Below, piece after piece: positions 7,775 through 18,899 of a stretch of 64,000 nt of DNA. A program made the translations under genes and the position numbers. The stretch comes from Promethearchaeota archaeon (lineage in GTDB: Archaea; Asgardarchaeota; Lokiarchaeia; Sigyniarchaeales; SOKP01), in contig JBHLLT010000004.1 in the NCBI GenBank assembly GCA_048938855.1, positions 121,497 through 185,496 on the forward strand, written 5' to 3'. Under the pieces are notes generated by a model, which had not been told where the DNA came from, did not search any database, and saw nothing but the letters and a program-made list of their open reading frames with translations. How positions within the stretch are numbered: position 1 is the stretch's first letter; the number at the start of each line of letters is the position of its first letter.

Positions 7775-10702
7775 ATGAATAGAAAATATCAGCATAAATT
7801 ATATGTAATACTAATTCTTTTTAGTTTAAGTATAGTTCTTACACCTTTTATAAATAACCTTTCTGGACAAGGAAAAACACAAAATATCTTGTATAATGAA
7901 ATTCCATCTCAGGATTTAACTGCCTCTACGGGAGATAACAGCGAATTATTAGATACTATCTTCAATAATAAAATACTAGGATATAACAATAAGGGGTATT
8001 TTCCCCAAATTTATGAACCTTCTTTACAGGCTACATATTATGCTTTATATACACTCAGTAGCGTTGGTAAATTGCATGAGATTAATCAATCTGATGTAAT
8101 TGAATACATTATGGAACATTATGAAGAGGGTGAAACTCGATTCATGGATATTTTATCATACAGATATTTAGATACTGATTTTTCTAAAACATATTTTCCC
8201 TTAAGTACAGTACTAGAAGTAACATGTTATGCCATACTTTCGTTAGAAATTCTTAATGCATTAGATTCAATGGATGTCCAAACAATGATAGAGTTTATAT
8301 GGAGCTGTTATAATCCTAACAGTGGAGCATTTATTGGCCAACCTTATAATACAGTTTTAGAGGATGAATTTAAGATCGCGACAGCAGATAATACTTATTT
8401 CGCTGTTATCACATTAGATTTACTTATGGATGATTGGCTCGGGTATTCTACCCAGAAAGATTCAATAATAGCATTTATGAACGGACTTCAAATAACTGGT
8501 GAGGGTGGTTGGATTACAGGAGGTTTTGATAATGATGAGGAAGGAAATTTCAATTCACTTCTCTTCCATCATGAGCCTAATTTATTATCTTCATATTATT
8601 GCATTAAAACACTAGAAGTGTTTGGAATGGTATCGAGTATCAATGAACCAGAATTTCACCAGTTTTTAACTTATCTATATGATTCAAATTATTATTTTTT
8701 CCATATATCAGAAATAGATTATGGGGTAAATTATACAAATATTGTAGCAACATCTATTGGCCTAGAGTTGTCTAATATCACAAATTTTACAGAGATAGAC
8801 AGAGTCGGGACGCTATCATTTGTTTTAGATAATCGTAATTCATTAGGTAATTGGGATCAATCCACTACGGTAGTACTCCATGAACTTATTGATACTTATC
8901 AAATTATTCGTTCATTAAACAATACTGGAGAGATTAAACTTATATCTAATGAAGATAAAAATCAGATAGGAAATGCAACATTATTCTATCAATCATATAA
9001 AGGATTTTCACATCTTTCTATGGATTATACTTCAATGAACCTAATCTATACAATTACAAGCTCTTTTGATTTATATGATCGAACTTCAGATTTGGACATT
9101 CAGCAACTTTATAGGGCTATTAGAGATTCCTATAATAATTTTCCTCCCAATAAAGCTTCTAGGTATTTTTATGGCTTTTTACGTGAATATTCTTTAATTG
9201 GCTGGTTCCGCTCATACCCTATAGAATATTATACTTCTAGTTATAAGAATTATATTGAAGAGATTACTCAGATTAACTCTCATCAATCAACATACTATGC
9301 ATTAGAATCTCTAGTTAATCTTTTTAAATTAGATGATTTCGGAAGCACATATGATTTATTGGATTTGATGAGGGATATTGTGAAAACCCAATTTCTGAAC
9401 TATTCCTATTATGATACATTTGGCGGATTCTCTTCTCTCTTAAAATATACAGAAGATATGTCTGATGTTATTAATAGTAAGATATATTGTGATTATACTT
9501 ATTATGCTATCAAAAGTCTACAAATTCTATGTGATTATTTTGGATTACCTATAGATGAGACTGGTATTGATCTAACTGCTTTGTATACGTATATTGATAG
9601 ACATATTATTGAATCTCCCACGACTCTTTATTTCGATCCTAATTATGCCAACGATATCGAATCCATACTAAAAACTACATATTACATGTTTTATGTACTA
9701 GATGCAATTGATTTATACAATAAGAACAGTCAAAAAGTTAAAAATTATATTGAGACAAATCTCAACTATTCTAATATTGAAAACATATATTACAGCTATA
9801 AACTCTCAAAACTTTTAAATTTGAGTATTGAATTTGACTTTCATCAGATTCATGCTTTAATACAAGAACTTTATACAGAAGAATTTGATGAGTTTTATTC
9901 GACTCCTGCCAATAACCTACTTAACCAAGAAATCTTTCTCTGGATCTGTGATATGGCCCGAACAAGTCAAATTGAAATTGAAGCTTATTATTCTGATATA
10001 TGTCCATTAGGTGGGGTAAATTACATGGAAGCATCTCTATATAATCTTGTTTTAAGGAATTTTGGTACGTATATTACTTTCAAATTTGAAAGCGATCAGC
10101 TTGGGACCTTTATTTTTTCAAAATTAGCAAACAATTCATATATATACAACCTCTTGATTCCCTTAAGTTCAAATAGTTATCCAATAATTGAAGGATATTT
10201 AAGAGCATATGAAGGACTAGAATTAAAAGCAGAACAATATATCTGCTTTTCGACTAATTATTCCTTAGAATATGCTGTGAGTTCTCAGACAGAAATAAGT
10301 GGTTTAGTCTTTAAGATTAATGTTTCAGTTTTAACCAATAATGAGAAATATCCAATAACGAATGGAAATGCATTTGTTCGAATCTATAGAAATGATGTAT
10401 TTTTAGGTGAAATCCAAGCAAACCATCAAATTCTTTCAGATTATAGTATATTTAGTATTAATTATAATCCTATAAAAACAGGCCATTTTTACTTTGAATT
10501 TTATCTTAATGATGGTATTTCTGATTCTTTAATGAATATCAAAAATATCCTTCTTGATATAAATGAAATTTCAGAGAGTTACAAAGAGAATATTATAACT
10601 GCAATTCCATTAACGATAGTATTTATAGCGGTTCCTGGAACTATCTTTATTGTTTCATCTAAAAAGCTAAATAAATTAAAAAAAGAATCTAAGTATAGCT
10701 AA
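7775..10702 (+). CDS. large membrane-anchored surface protein with prenyltransferase/squalene-cyclase-like alpha-barrel repeats
   Basis: signal peptide, repeated GGF...(T/S)YY(A/C)xxxL units, C-terminal TM plus basic tail. Confidence 0.7.
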   Translation: MNRKYQHKLYVILILFSLSIVLTPFINNLSGQGKTQNILYNEIPSQDLTASTGDNSELLDTIFNNKILGYNNKGYFPQIYEPSLQATYYALYTLSSVGKLHEINQSDVIEYIMEHYEEGETRFMDILSYRYLDTDFSKTYFPLSTVLEVTCYAILSLEILNALDSMDVQTMIEFIWSCYNPNSGAFIGQPYNTVLEDEFKIATADNTYFAVITLDLLMDDWLGYSTQKDSIIAFMNGLQITGEGGWITGGFDNDEEGNFNSLLFHHEPNLLSSYYCIKTLEVFGMVSSINEPEFHQFLTYLYDSNYYFFHISEIDYGVNYTNIVATSIGLELSNITNFTEIDRVGTLSFVLDNRNSLGNWDQSTTVVLHELIDTYQIIRSLNNTGEIKLISNEDKNQIGNATLFYQSYKGFSHLSMDYTSMNLIYTITSSFDLYDRTSDLDIQQLYRAIRDSYNNFPPNKASRYFYGFLREYSLIGWFRSYPIEYYTSSYKNYIEEITQINSHQSTYYALESLVNLFKLDDFGSTYDLLDLMRDIVKTQFLNYSYYDTFGGFSSLLKYTEDMSDVINSKIYCDYTYYAIKSLQILCDYFGLPIDETGIDLTALYTYIDRHIIESPTTLYFDPNYANDIESILKTTYYMFYVLDAIDLYNKNSQKVKNYIETNLNYSNIENIYYSYKLSKLLNLSIEFDFHQIHALIQELYTEEFDEFYSTPANNLLNQEIFLWICDMARTSQIEIEAYYSDICPLGGVNYMEASLYNLVLRNFGTYITFKFESDQLGTFIFSKLANNSYIYNLLIPLSSNSYPIIEGYLRAYEGLELKAEQYICFSTNYSLEYAVSSQTEISGLVFKINVSVLTNNEKYPITNGNAFVRIYRNDVFLGEIQANHQILSDYSIFSINYNPIKTGHFYFEFYLNDGISDSLMNIKNILLDINEISESYKENIITAIPLTIVFIAVPGTIFIVSSKKLNKLKKESKYS

Positions 10703-10745
10703 TTCAAAATTTTTCCTTTTTATTTAATCACTATTTAAATGTTAT

Positions 10746-11372
10746 TTGATGACTTTAACCTCAGATTTGAATAGTGCCAGACATTATAATATAGAGCAAT
10801 TTCAAAAGATTCTTAAGGTTATTAATCAAATCGTAGATTATTTAGCAAAATTTGAAAACCATTATGATAGAAAGTTTAATTTTACTAAACTAATAAAACT
10901 TTTGAATATACCGCTATCTCAAACTGATGGTATAATCTATTTATTGCTAAATTTTCAAGAGAAATTTGAAAATGTGTTTAATGAATACAGGATAAAAAAA
11001 TACTTAGCAAATAACCACGTATATCTTAAAACTGAGAGAAAGAATGAATACGAGAAAATTGATGCGCCTCAAGTAGTTCAAATATCAAGCGCCCACATAG
11101 AATTGTTAAATGATATTACCTATATTTTTAAGCACGTAAAGAGAGGAAATGGTTTTGATATTATTAAGAACGGATCAGAATTATTGGCTAAAGTAAAAAA
11201 ACTACGAGATACACACCCCTATTTGTTTGAAACAAAAGGAAATGGTGTTGTATACCCCTCTGAACTTGGATTAAAATTAGGTGAAATTATTATTTCTTAC
11301 AGCAAGAGCAACAAAAAGATTCAAACTATAGATGTTGGAAATCATAAATTTATGGTGAGGAAAGATGGGTGA
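10746..11372 (+). CDS. hypothetical protein, first gene of hef operon
   Basis: 208-aa ORF overlapping hef start; possible winged-helix elements. Confidence 0.75.
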   Translation: MMTLTSDLNSARHYNIEQFQKILKVINQIVDYLAKFENHYDRKFNFTKLIKLLNIPLSQTDGIIYLLLNFQEKFENVFNEYRIKKYLANNHVYLKTERKNEYEKIDAPQVVQISSAHIELLNDITYIFKHVKRGNGFDIIKNGSELLAKVKKLRDTHPYLFETKGNGVVYPSELGLKLGEIIISYSKSNKKIQTIDVGNHKFMVRKDG

Positions 11373-13536
11373 AGCAAGACAAACCATGGAAAAAAATGAA
11401 TCGATTTTAAACTCAGCTTATTTGGAAATTAGAGATTATCAGGTAAAAATTGCTGAAGAGTGTGCTGGAAAGAACTCATTGGTAGTGCTTCCCACGGGGT
11501 TAGGTAAAACAATAATTGCTGTTCTAGTTGCAAGTAAAGTATTAGAAAGATTTCCAACAGGTAGTAAAGTTATTGTACTCGCTCCTACAAGGCCATTAAT
11601 AAACCAACATTATCATACATTTTTGAAGTTTCTTAAGATCTCTGAAGATAAATTTGCAATCCTTACAGGAAAGTTACTCCCTGATCACCGAATAGATATT
11701 TTTAATCAGAATCAAATATTATTTTATACTCCTCAAACTCTCAGAAATGACCTAGTAAATCAAAAATATAATCTCTTGAATACAGCTTTAGTGATTTTTG
11801 ATGAAGCTCACCATGGGATAGGAGATTATCCCTATACTATGATTGCTGATGAATTTATTGATCATAATCCAGATGGGATCATTTTAGGACTTACTGCTTC
11901 TCCTGGAGCTTCAAAAAATAAAATTGCAATATTATGTAAAAATTTACATATTCCTATAGATAATATCCATATTAGAACCCGAAAAGATGAAGATGTAAAA
12001 ACTTACCTCAAACCAATGGATATCTACAAAATAGGGGTAGATTTAACCAGTCTAATGGAGGATGTGTACCAATTAATTACAAATGTCTTAGAGGAAAGAC
12101 TACATTATCTTTCCCAACTTAATTTTTTAGAACCAAAGGGAACTGAACTATATAAAAAAATCATAAGAAAAGATTTACTAAAGTTAAACTCAGAATTAGT
12201 AACTGCTATAAAAGGAAATGGAGATAAAACTGGGGTGTATAGTGCATTATCGATTAATGCCCAAGCCTTAATATTATTTCATATGCTTGAATTAGTAGAA
12301 CAGCAAGGCTTAGATGTGTTATTAGATTATTTCAATAAACTCCATCTGGATGCAAAGAAGAAAAGTAGTTCAAAAGCAACTAAAATATTATCATCGGATG
12401 GGCGATTGCATCGTATATTTTTAGAATTAAAAAAAAATATCGATTTTTTTCCTGAACAGTTGGTCCATCCCAAATATCATATTCTAGTTAAAATCATCCT
12501 CGATGAAATTAATAATAATGCAAATTCACGAATCTTAGTATTTGTAAAATTACGTAGTTCAGTAAAAAATATAACAAAAAAACTACAAAAAATTCCTTCA
12601 ATTAAAGCAGTACGATTTGTAGGACAATCAACAAAATCCATTGAAGATAAAGGAATGTCTCAAAAACAACAAATAGAAATTTTGGATCAGTTTAAAGCTG
12701 GTCAATATAATGTGCTAGTTTCTACTAACGTTGGTGAAGAGGGGTTGGATATTGCTGAATGTGATTTAGTTATATTTTATGATGTAGTTGCTTCAGATAT
12801 TAGGTTTATTCAGCGAAAGGGGCGAACTGCTCGACATAGAGAGGGTAAAGTCATCATTCTTTATAGTAAGGAAACACGAGATGAGATCTATTTAAGAATC
12901 GCTCTGAGTAAACTGAAAAGAATGAACCTTCAACTTAGAAAACCCCATCAATTAAAGACTTCTTTTAATCAAACGCCTTTCAATGTTCAAAGACCAATTA
13001 TCAAGGCGAAGAGTCAAATTACTAAACCTCAAAAAGAGAATAAACCAATCAATGTCATGAGAAACAAAGTAGGAATAAGGCAATATCAGTCAAAACTCCA
13101 AAATTTTATAGAAAAAAAAACAGATAGCGAAATTACTCCTAAAAATGTTCCTCTTAAGATAAGTAAATTTTTACCAATGAAGTTTGGATTGAGAAAAAGA
13201 TTTCAAAGAGATAATATCTCATTTAATATTATTGAAAACGGTCTTCATATTTTAATTCATAATAAAATCCTGATTCAGATCTTTAATCCTAAAATGTTTA
13301 AAGAAGATAAATTCTTGACTGAAATTGATGAGTTCAGGCAAATTTCTTCATTAGTAATCATTATTTTTGATTTTATTGACTTTTTTGAATCTATTAAGGG
13401 AGAAAAAAGAGTTATTGAAAGAAAAATACAGATATTTGCCAAACAACATAATATACAAGTGATTTGTATTGATAATGATGAAGAATTATATTTTATAATA
13501 AAAAATATATTAGAAAATCCACAATTGGAGAATTAA
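11365..13536 (+). CDS. hef: Hef/FANCM-type SF2 helicase with degenerate C-terminal domain
   Basis: RDYQ, LPTGLGKT, PTRPL, DEAHH, LTASPG, EEGLDI, QRKGRTAR. Confidence 0.9.
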   Translation: MGEARQTMEKNESILNSAYLEIRDYQVKIAEECAGKNSLVVLPTGLGKTIIAVLVASKVLERFPTGSKVIVLAPTRPLINQHYHTFLKFLKISEDKFAILTGKLLPDHRIDIFNQNQILFYTPQTLRNDLVNQKYNLLNTALVIFDEAHHGIGDYPYTMIADEFIDHNPDGIILGLTASPGASKNKIAILCKNLHIPIDNIHIRTRKDEDVKTYLKPMDIYKIGVDLTSLMEDVYQLITNVLEERLHYLSQLNFLEPKGTELYKKIIRKDLLKLNSELVTAIKGNGDKTGVYSALSINAQALILFHMLELVEQQGLDVLLDYFNKLHLDAKKKSSSKATKILSSDGRLHRIFLELKKNIDFFPEQLVHPKYHILVKIILDEINNNANSRILVFVKLRSSVKNITKKLQKIPSIKAVRFVGQSTKSIEDKGMSQKQQIEILDQFKAGQYNVLVSTNVGEEGLDIAECDLVIFYDVVASDIRFIQRKGRTARHREGKVIILYSKETRDEIYLRIALSKLKRMNLQLRKPHQLKTSFNQTPFNVQRPIIKAKSQITKPQKENKPINVMRNKVGIRQYQSKLQNFIEKKTDSEITPKNVPLKISKFLPMKFGLRKRFQRDNISFNIIENGLHILIHNKILIQIFNPKMFKEDKFLTEIDEFRQISSLVIIIFDFIDFFESIKGEKRVIERKIQIFAKQHNIQVICIDNDEELYFIIKNILENPQLEN

Positions 13537-13539
13537 AGC

Positions 13540-14064
13540 ATGGAAAATAAAACCTGGGAAAGAGATACGACTCCTTACGTAGTGTTTGCATGTGAAAAAT
13601 GCCATCAATATACATATGTAAAAAGAACTCAAAAATCTAAGAGATGTGTTAGGTGCGGGTATACTCATATAATAAATAAAATTAAGCATCAAGGTGAAAT
13701 TGTAAATGGAATCTCAAAAGCAGTTGAGTTGGTGAAACAGAAACAAAATGGACTTGCAGTAATGGAATTAGGTTCAGAACCAGAGTTTAGAACCTCAGGG
13801 GATTTTATTATTACTGGAAATGAAGTTAAACAAAACCAAAAATTACATCATAAATCAATTCATGATGATTATTCCAAAATATTTGAAGCCATGTTGTATA
13901 ATTTATCTGAAACTCATAAATCATTTCCCTACTATATTATTGAAATTATAGCAGAAAATTATGGAATCCCACAAACTGAAGTGAAACTATTGGTAAGAAA
14001 TTTTGAAAAATCTGGTGTTTTAATACGTTCAAAAAATTATTATTACCAAGTTAAATTAATCTAG
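13540..14064 (+). CDS. Zn-ribbon plus winged-helix-like protein
   Basis: YVVFACEKC...KRCVRCG; C-terminal helix-turn-helix-wing-like pattern. Confidence 0.75.
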   Translation: MENKTWERDTTPYVVFACEKCHQYTYVKRTQKSKRCVRCGYTHIINKIKHQGEIVNGISKAVELVKQKQNGLAVMELGSEPEFRTSGDFIITGNEVKQNQKLHHKSIHDDYSKIFEAMLYNLSETHKSFPYYIIEIIAENYGIPQTEVKLLVRNFEKSGVLIRSKNYYYQVKLI

Positions 14065-14204
14065 GCGTTTTATTTAATTGATAATTCTAATCTAATAGAA
14101 AATATGCTTAAAATACTAATATTTCGTGACACTCAAGTGTTGCCAACCTGATGTTAAATTCATCAAAACAAACAGCACATTTAACAATATTAAGAAAACG
14201 AAAT

Positions 14205-14429
14205 TTAAGTTATATATTTTTTAAATTCATGAGCAAATTCTATTATCAAAAGTGTTTGATAAACTGGATGCCGTTCAGAAAATGGTATTTTTTCATGTCC
14301 ATAGTAGATAAAGTCCTCAGAATTAGAAAATTTGGAAAAGGGAATAATAACGTTATTTAATTTCAGAGGTTCTGGTAAATCTTGAACAGGTATTTTTTGA
14401 TATTTTTTATTTGTTGATTTTGAACTCAT
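14205..14429 (-). CDS. small hypothetical protein (paralog A)
   Basis: shares IIPFSKF..YxGxEKIxFxERHP with neighbour; GGTGA SD. Confidence 0.75.
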   Translation of the reverse strand: MSSKSTNKKYQKIPVQDLPEPLKLNNVIIPFSKFSNSEDFIYYGHEKIPFSERHPVYQTLLIIEFAHEFKKYIT

Positions 14430-14523
14430 GCTTCTCTCACCTTTTAATATAGGATAGAATCTAAATTATATAAAGAAAAATATGGAGTCATTAGAGATTT
14501 TGTGATTTCTATTGACTTAATAC

Positions 14524-14742
14524 TTATTTTTCACTAAACTCATTTAAAAGAGTAGATTTATAAAGAGGATGCCGTTCTTTGAAGATTATCTTTTCAGGTC
14601 CTTCATAAATATATTCTGGACTTCTTGATATTCCAAACTTAGAAAAAGGAATTATTATTTTATTAAAATTAATGGAGTCCTCTTTATAGTCATCAAAACT
14701 GATGATTATTAATTCCGTTTTTTCTAAAGATTGAGAACTCAT
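14524..14742 (-). CDS. small hypothetical protein (paralog B)
   Basis: tandem paralog of 14205-14429. Confidence 0.75.
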   Translation of the reverse strand: MSSQSLEKTELIIISFDDYKEDSINFNKIIIPFSKFGISRSPEYIYEGPEKIIFKERHPLYKSTLLNEFSEK

Positions 14743-14904
14743 GATTAAAACCTTTTCATTATTTTTTATTTTATCTAAATAGAAAACCTAAATATTCTTA
14801 TAAAAAATCTATTGGAATGAAATTGAAGTTTTAGGATTCATGATTTTAAATACCAATTTAGCAAAAAGACTTAAAAAGAATGTCAAAAAGATAAATATCA
14901 AAAG

Positions 14905-15516
14905 TTGATTTTTATGAGCGAAATCAAAATCAAAAATACAACTAAATTTGTTGAATCCAAATGGTTTGGAATTAAACTCAGTCAAACATCGGTAGTTATT
15001 CTGTTTTTATTAGCATTATTCGGAATAATAGAAGAGTCAATGCTTCCTCTTTCAATTATCAGTATTATTAGATATGTTCTATTCGGATTTCGGACGTTAA
15101 GCTATATATCAACACAGATATTCTTTTTCATAACAGGAGTAATTATTTTGTTAATTTCTTGTTATACTTTTTCTATATGTGTTAAATCTAAAAATGATAA
15201 CAATGAAATTCAAGAGGACAACAATATATCAATAAATGGTATCAGATGGTTTGGTTTTATATTATCTCGAACTTCTGCCACAATTCTTATGTTTTTAGCG
15301 ATTATTGGGATAATACCTACTATTTCTTCAATATACAATCAAATAATTAGTCTAATAGATGTGATTAAATCTTTTTTAATCTATGGATTAGATTGGTATG
15401 AACTATTAGGTATAATCTTTATGTTCCATCTAATATCAATACTAATTTCTGAACTAATAATCTATTCATATTCAATAATACGATTTTCTCAATTAAAGAA
15501 AATTATTGAAAGATAA
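14905..15516 (+). CDS. 4-TM membrane protein with internal duplication
   Basis: KWFGIKLSQTS and RWFGFILSRTS repeats, each followed by two TMs. Confidence 0.7.
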   Translation: MIFMSEIKIKNTTKFVESKWFGIKLSQTSVVILFLLALFGIIEESMLPLSIISIIRYVLFGFRTLSYISTQIFFFITGVIILLISCYTFSICVKSKNDNNEIQEDNNISINGIRWFGFILSRTSATILMFLAIIGIIPTISSIYNQIISLIDVIKSFLIYGLDWYELLGIIFMFHLISILISELIIYSYSIIRFSQLKKIIER

Positions 15517-15561
15517 AATTTACTGTAAAAACGATTAATTTATAATTATAACAGAAAGATC

Positions 15562-15837
15562 TTATCCTTTTCTTTTACTTTTTAGTTTTTTTAGATACAA
15601 TTTCATGAAATATCTTTCACTTTCACAAAATTCTAGTTTTTTCTCTTTGGAAAGATTAATACAGTTGAGTAAAATAGCATGAATTTTTTTAAGAGTCGTA
15701 AGATTTTCGTCACATAAATTTTCAATATTTTTTTCTAGTTTTTCAACTGACTTACCTTCAGAATTCTTCAAACTTCTTTCTGAAGGCTCTCCATTATCTA
15801 CTTTTATATGATATTTCTTATCAATTTTAGAATCCAT
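15562..15837 (-). CDS. hypothetical protein
   Basis: 91-aa charged ORF directly downstream of helicase. Confidence 0.55.
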   Translation of the reverse strand: MDSKIDKKYHIKVDNGEPSERSLKNSEGKSVEKLEKNIENLCDENLTTLKKIHAILLNCINLSKEKKLEFCESERYFMKLYLKKLKSKRKG

Positions 15838-15864
15838 ATGCCTTAGGCATTTTTATTATTTTGA

Positions 15865-18393
15865 TTACTTATCTTTAATAATTTTTTTACATAAGTTTAT
15901 TCCCAATCCAGTTTTCTGATTAAGAACATAAGGATTTTCCTTTTTAACTTGTGTAGCTGTATGATAGCCCGCTTTATACAAAATTCTTGCCCTTACACGA
16001 GCAACATCATGTAGTCTTAATACTAAATCGAACAATTCTTCATGAATGCCATAGTGTAGTCGAATTTTAAGAGTTTCACACATTTCAGCAATTCTAGTTA
16101 ACTTATCCTGAAGATCAATCCCATTTGTGCTTAAATTAGTAGCAATGATACCAATAAAGGTAATAATTCTTTCTAAATTATCTCTTACAGAAAATAGATC
16201 TCCTGCCATTATATTATATTTATCTAAAATTTGATCAATCGGTTCCTCATCTGCCCATTCTAAAATGGGTTGTAACATTTTATAGTCTTTTACACGGGAT
16301 TCTGCTTTAAGAATATCAAAGGATTCTTTGATCAATTCTTGAAATGTATTAATTTCAACGTATTCAAGCTTAAATCTAATCATTACACCAGATACTGGAT
16401 ATAAATATAATCTTATAATTAATTTCCCAAAATGAGAACATCTGATTAAACCATCTTCATCTTTTATAATTAAACCCTTCTCGAATAAATAAGACAAGAT
16501 ATATTGATTTTTGACAGATTTTGGAACAATAGAATCGACATATTTTTGAAATTTTGGATCAGGAAGTTGGATTAAATAGAGCAAAAAAGAAGTAATATGT
16601 TTACAGAACTCGAAGGAAAATTCATCATTTGCAAAGTTATCAGAGATACCATTTTTAAATCCACAAGTGCACTGTATACCAGTTTCTATATCAAATTGGC
16701 AATAATATACTCCAAATGATGTCTTTACATATCCAGAGATATTTGAATCATTAAGTTTTGTTAATTTAACTTGATAATTACTTTCTTTTAATTCTCTTAC
16801 AGTATTCACATTAGTATGAAGTTTTAGGATATTAATTGGGGTGATTTCTTTTATCATAAGCAATTGTTCGATGGGAATCTTCTGTTCCTTCATTTTACTT
16901 TTTATTCCATACCAGAAAAACGTCTTTTCGAAGAATTGCTTAAGCTGTTCTAAATTAATCTTCTTTTCTTCATAAATTCTCAACAATACTTGTTCCTTAA
17001 GAGTATTGGTCTTGTTTAATCCTGAAGTGAGATCATTGTATCGTGGAATTGAAACATGCTTAAGCATATGATTTTGGAAAAAATAATCTTCCACCCATAT
17101 TTTCTCATCAATATCTCTAACTAATATTATACCATATCCAACAGAATCAAGGCCAGGTCTTCCGGCTCTACCCAATATCTGGAATGCTTCATTTGCGGAA
17201 AAAGGTTTGAAATAAGAAAAACCATCCCCATTTTCGAAATAGCCAGAGAAATTTTTAAGATTGTGTCCAGATGTTACATACTTCTTAAAGTCTTTTAGGA
17301 TAACTACACGAGCAGGTGTGTTTATACCGGCAGAGAGCGTTGTGGTACAGCTGATTATTTTAATAATTCGTTTTCTAAAATTATCTTCAATAATTTTCCT
17401 CTCTTTTGGAAGGAGTCCAGCATGGTGAAATGCAACACCAGACTTTATTACTTTTTTTAAATCACGATGCCCCCCTTTAATTGAAGATAGCCTTTTTTCT
17501 AATGATTTACAAACATTTAATTCATTCTCTTCAAGATATTTTTTTACAAGAATCTTAATATTTTCTGCTAGCTTCTGGGCTGCTTTCCGACGGTTAACAA
17601 AGATAAGTACTTGTCCATTTTTCTCAAGAGTATATTTAATTATTTTTTTAATCGTTGAGTCCTTGTTTTGAGTAATTTCAATTTTATAGTGGAGTGGAAC
17701 AGGACGGTTATCTGATTTAATGAGGATTGTTTTATTTCCAAGTGAAGAAAGCCATGAATTAAAAAATTCTGCATTAGCTATTGTTGCTGAAAGTCCAATA
17801 ATTTGTGGATTATGAAGGAATTCATTTAATCTAACTATTAAGGATTCTAACCTCGGACCTCTATCAGATTCACCAATAATATGAATTTCATCAATAATTA
17901 TTGTTGAAATATTAAAGATCCACTCTTTATCGTAAAAATTCCTAAGAATTGAGTCCATTTTTTCATAGGTGGTCACTATTAAATCTGCTTTTTCTAATTT
18001 GAAGTCATCTACATCGTAATCACCTATAGAAAGTTCAATTTTTAACCCAAACCTACTATAATTTTTCTTAAAATGAGAATATTTTTCTGTAGCTAATGCT
18101 TTATAAGGAACTAAATATATAGATTTTCCAAATTTTTGAAATATGTTATTTATAGCACACAATTCACCAATTAAGGTCTTACCGCTTCCAGAAGGCGCAC
18201 AAATTAAAAAGGATTTCCTAAAAAATAACCCCTTTTTGATACTGTCCATTTGAATTTGCCTTAGGTTAAAGATCTTTCCCTCAAAGAGTACACGCAGAAC
18301 CCGTTTGTCAGATATATATTTAAATATTTCTTTTTCTGGATTGATTTCTAACTCTTTTTTTTTAATTTTATCTGTAAAATCTGTTAAGGATAT
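15865..18393 (-). CDS. Hel308/Ski2-like DExH helicase with SWIM zinc-finger insertion
   Basis: APSGSGKT, DEIH, GLSAT, AFHHAGL, QILGRAGRPG, C-terminal HhH; frame open upstream of 18249 through Q-motif LRQIQ to ATA at 18393 behind GGTGA. Confidence 0.9.
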   Translation of the reverse strand: MSLTDFTDKIKKKELEINPEKEIFKYISDKRVLRVLFEGKIFNLRQIQMDSIKKGLFFRKSFLICAPSGSGKTLIGELCAINNIFQKFGKSIYLVPYKALATEKYSHFKKNYSRFGLKIELSIGDYDVDDFKLEKADLIVTTYEKMDSILRNFYDKEWIFNISTIIIDEIHIIGESDRGPRLESLIVRLNEFLHNPQIIGLSATIANAEFFNSWLSSLGNKTILIKSDNRPVPLHYKIEITQNKDSTIKKIIKYTLEKNGQVLIFVNRRKAAQKLAENIKILVKKYLEENELNVCKSLEKRLSSIKGGHRDLKKVIKSGVAFHHAGLLPKERKIIEDNFRKRIIKIISCTTTLSAGINTPARVVILKDFKKYVTSGHNLKNFSGYFENGDGFSYFKPFSANEAFQILGRAGRPGLDSVGYGIILVRDIDEKIWVEDYFFQNHMLKHVSIPRYNDLTSGLNKTNTLKEQVLLRIYEEKKINLEQLKQFFEKTFFWYGIKSKMKEQKIPIEQLLMIKEITPINILKLHTNVNTVRELKESNYQVKLTKLNDSNISGYVKTSFGVYYCQFDIETGIQCTCGFKNGISDNFANDEFSFEFCKHITSFLLYLIQLPDPKFQKYVDSIVPKSVKNQYILSYLFEKGLIIKDEDGLIRCSHFGKLIIRLYLYPVSGVMIRFKLEYVEINTFQELIKESFDILKAESRVKDYKMLQPILEWADEEPIDQILDKYNIMAGDLFSVRDNLERIITFIGIIATNLSTNGIDLQDKLTRIAEMCETLKIRLHYGIHEELFDLVLRLHDVARVRARILYKAGYHTATQVKKENPYVLNQKTGLGINLCKKIIKDK

Positions 18394-18414
18394 CCATAAT
18401 CACCTAAGATTATA

Positions 18415-18657
18415 TTAATACGGATTTGTCCATTTTTTCATGAGTTCTTGAAAAGTTTGTGAATCTCTTGAAATCTCAATACTCTCAATAACTCCTAAGT
18501 TTCTAATTTTTAAGTCTGAATTAATATAGCAAATTAAGGCATGAAGAGGTTCTCCATGTAAATGAATATGGGGAAAATAGATATCAGTATTTATCTTTTT
18601 TGTAAATTGTATCTCAATCCCAAGAGTTATCCTTTCTTTACACAAGGGACATACCAC
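18415..18657 (-). CDS. small CxxC/His protein; true start probably upstream (non-ATG)
   Basis: CPLC...HIHLHGEPLHALICYI; frame open about 20 more codons to an in-frame TGA. Confidence 0.7.
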   Translation of the reverse strand: MVCPLCKERITLGIEIQFTKKINTDIYFPHIHLHGEPLHALICYINSDLKIRNLGVIESIEISRDSQTFQELMKKWTNPY

Positions 18658-18899
18658 ATTTTGTGATTTATATTTAACTTCCTTAATATCCCTAATTTTT
18701 CCAAAAACTATAACGATAATAGATCACTTGATAATTTCTATTCAATTAACTACTTATGGGAATGAGTCAATATAAAGAAAAAAAGTCAAAATATTTATTG
18801 TCAAAATTATCTTTACCTTCGATTTTTTCTTTAAATACCAACATCAATATTTAATCTTTAAATAGAAACAATTCCATATTCTAACCTTTTACGATATAT

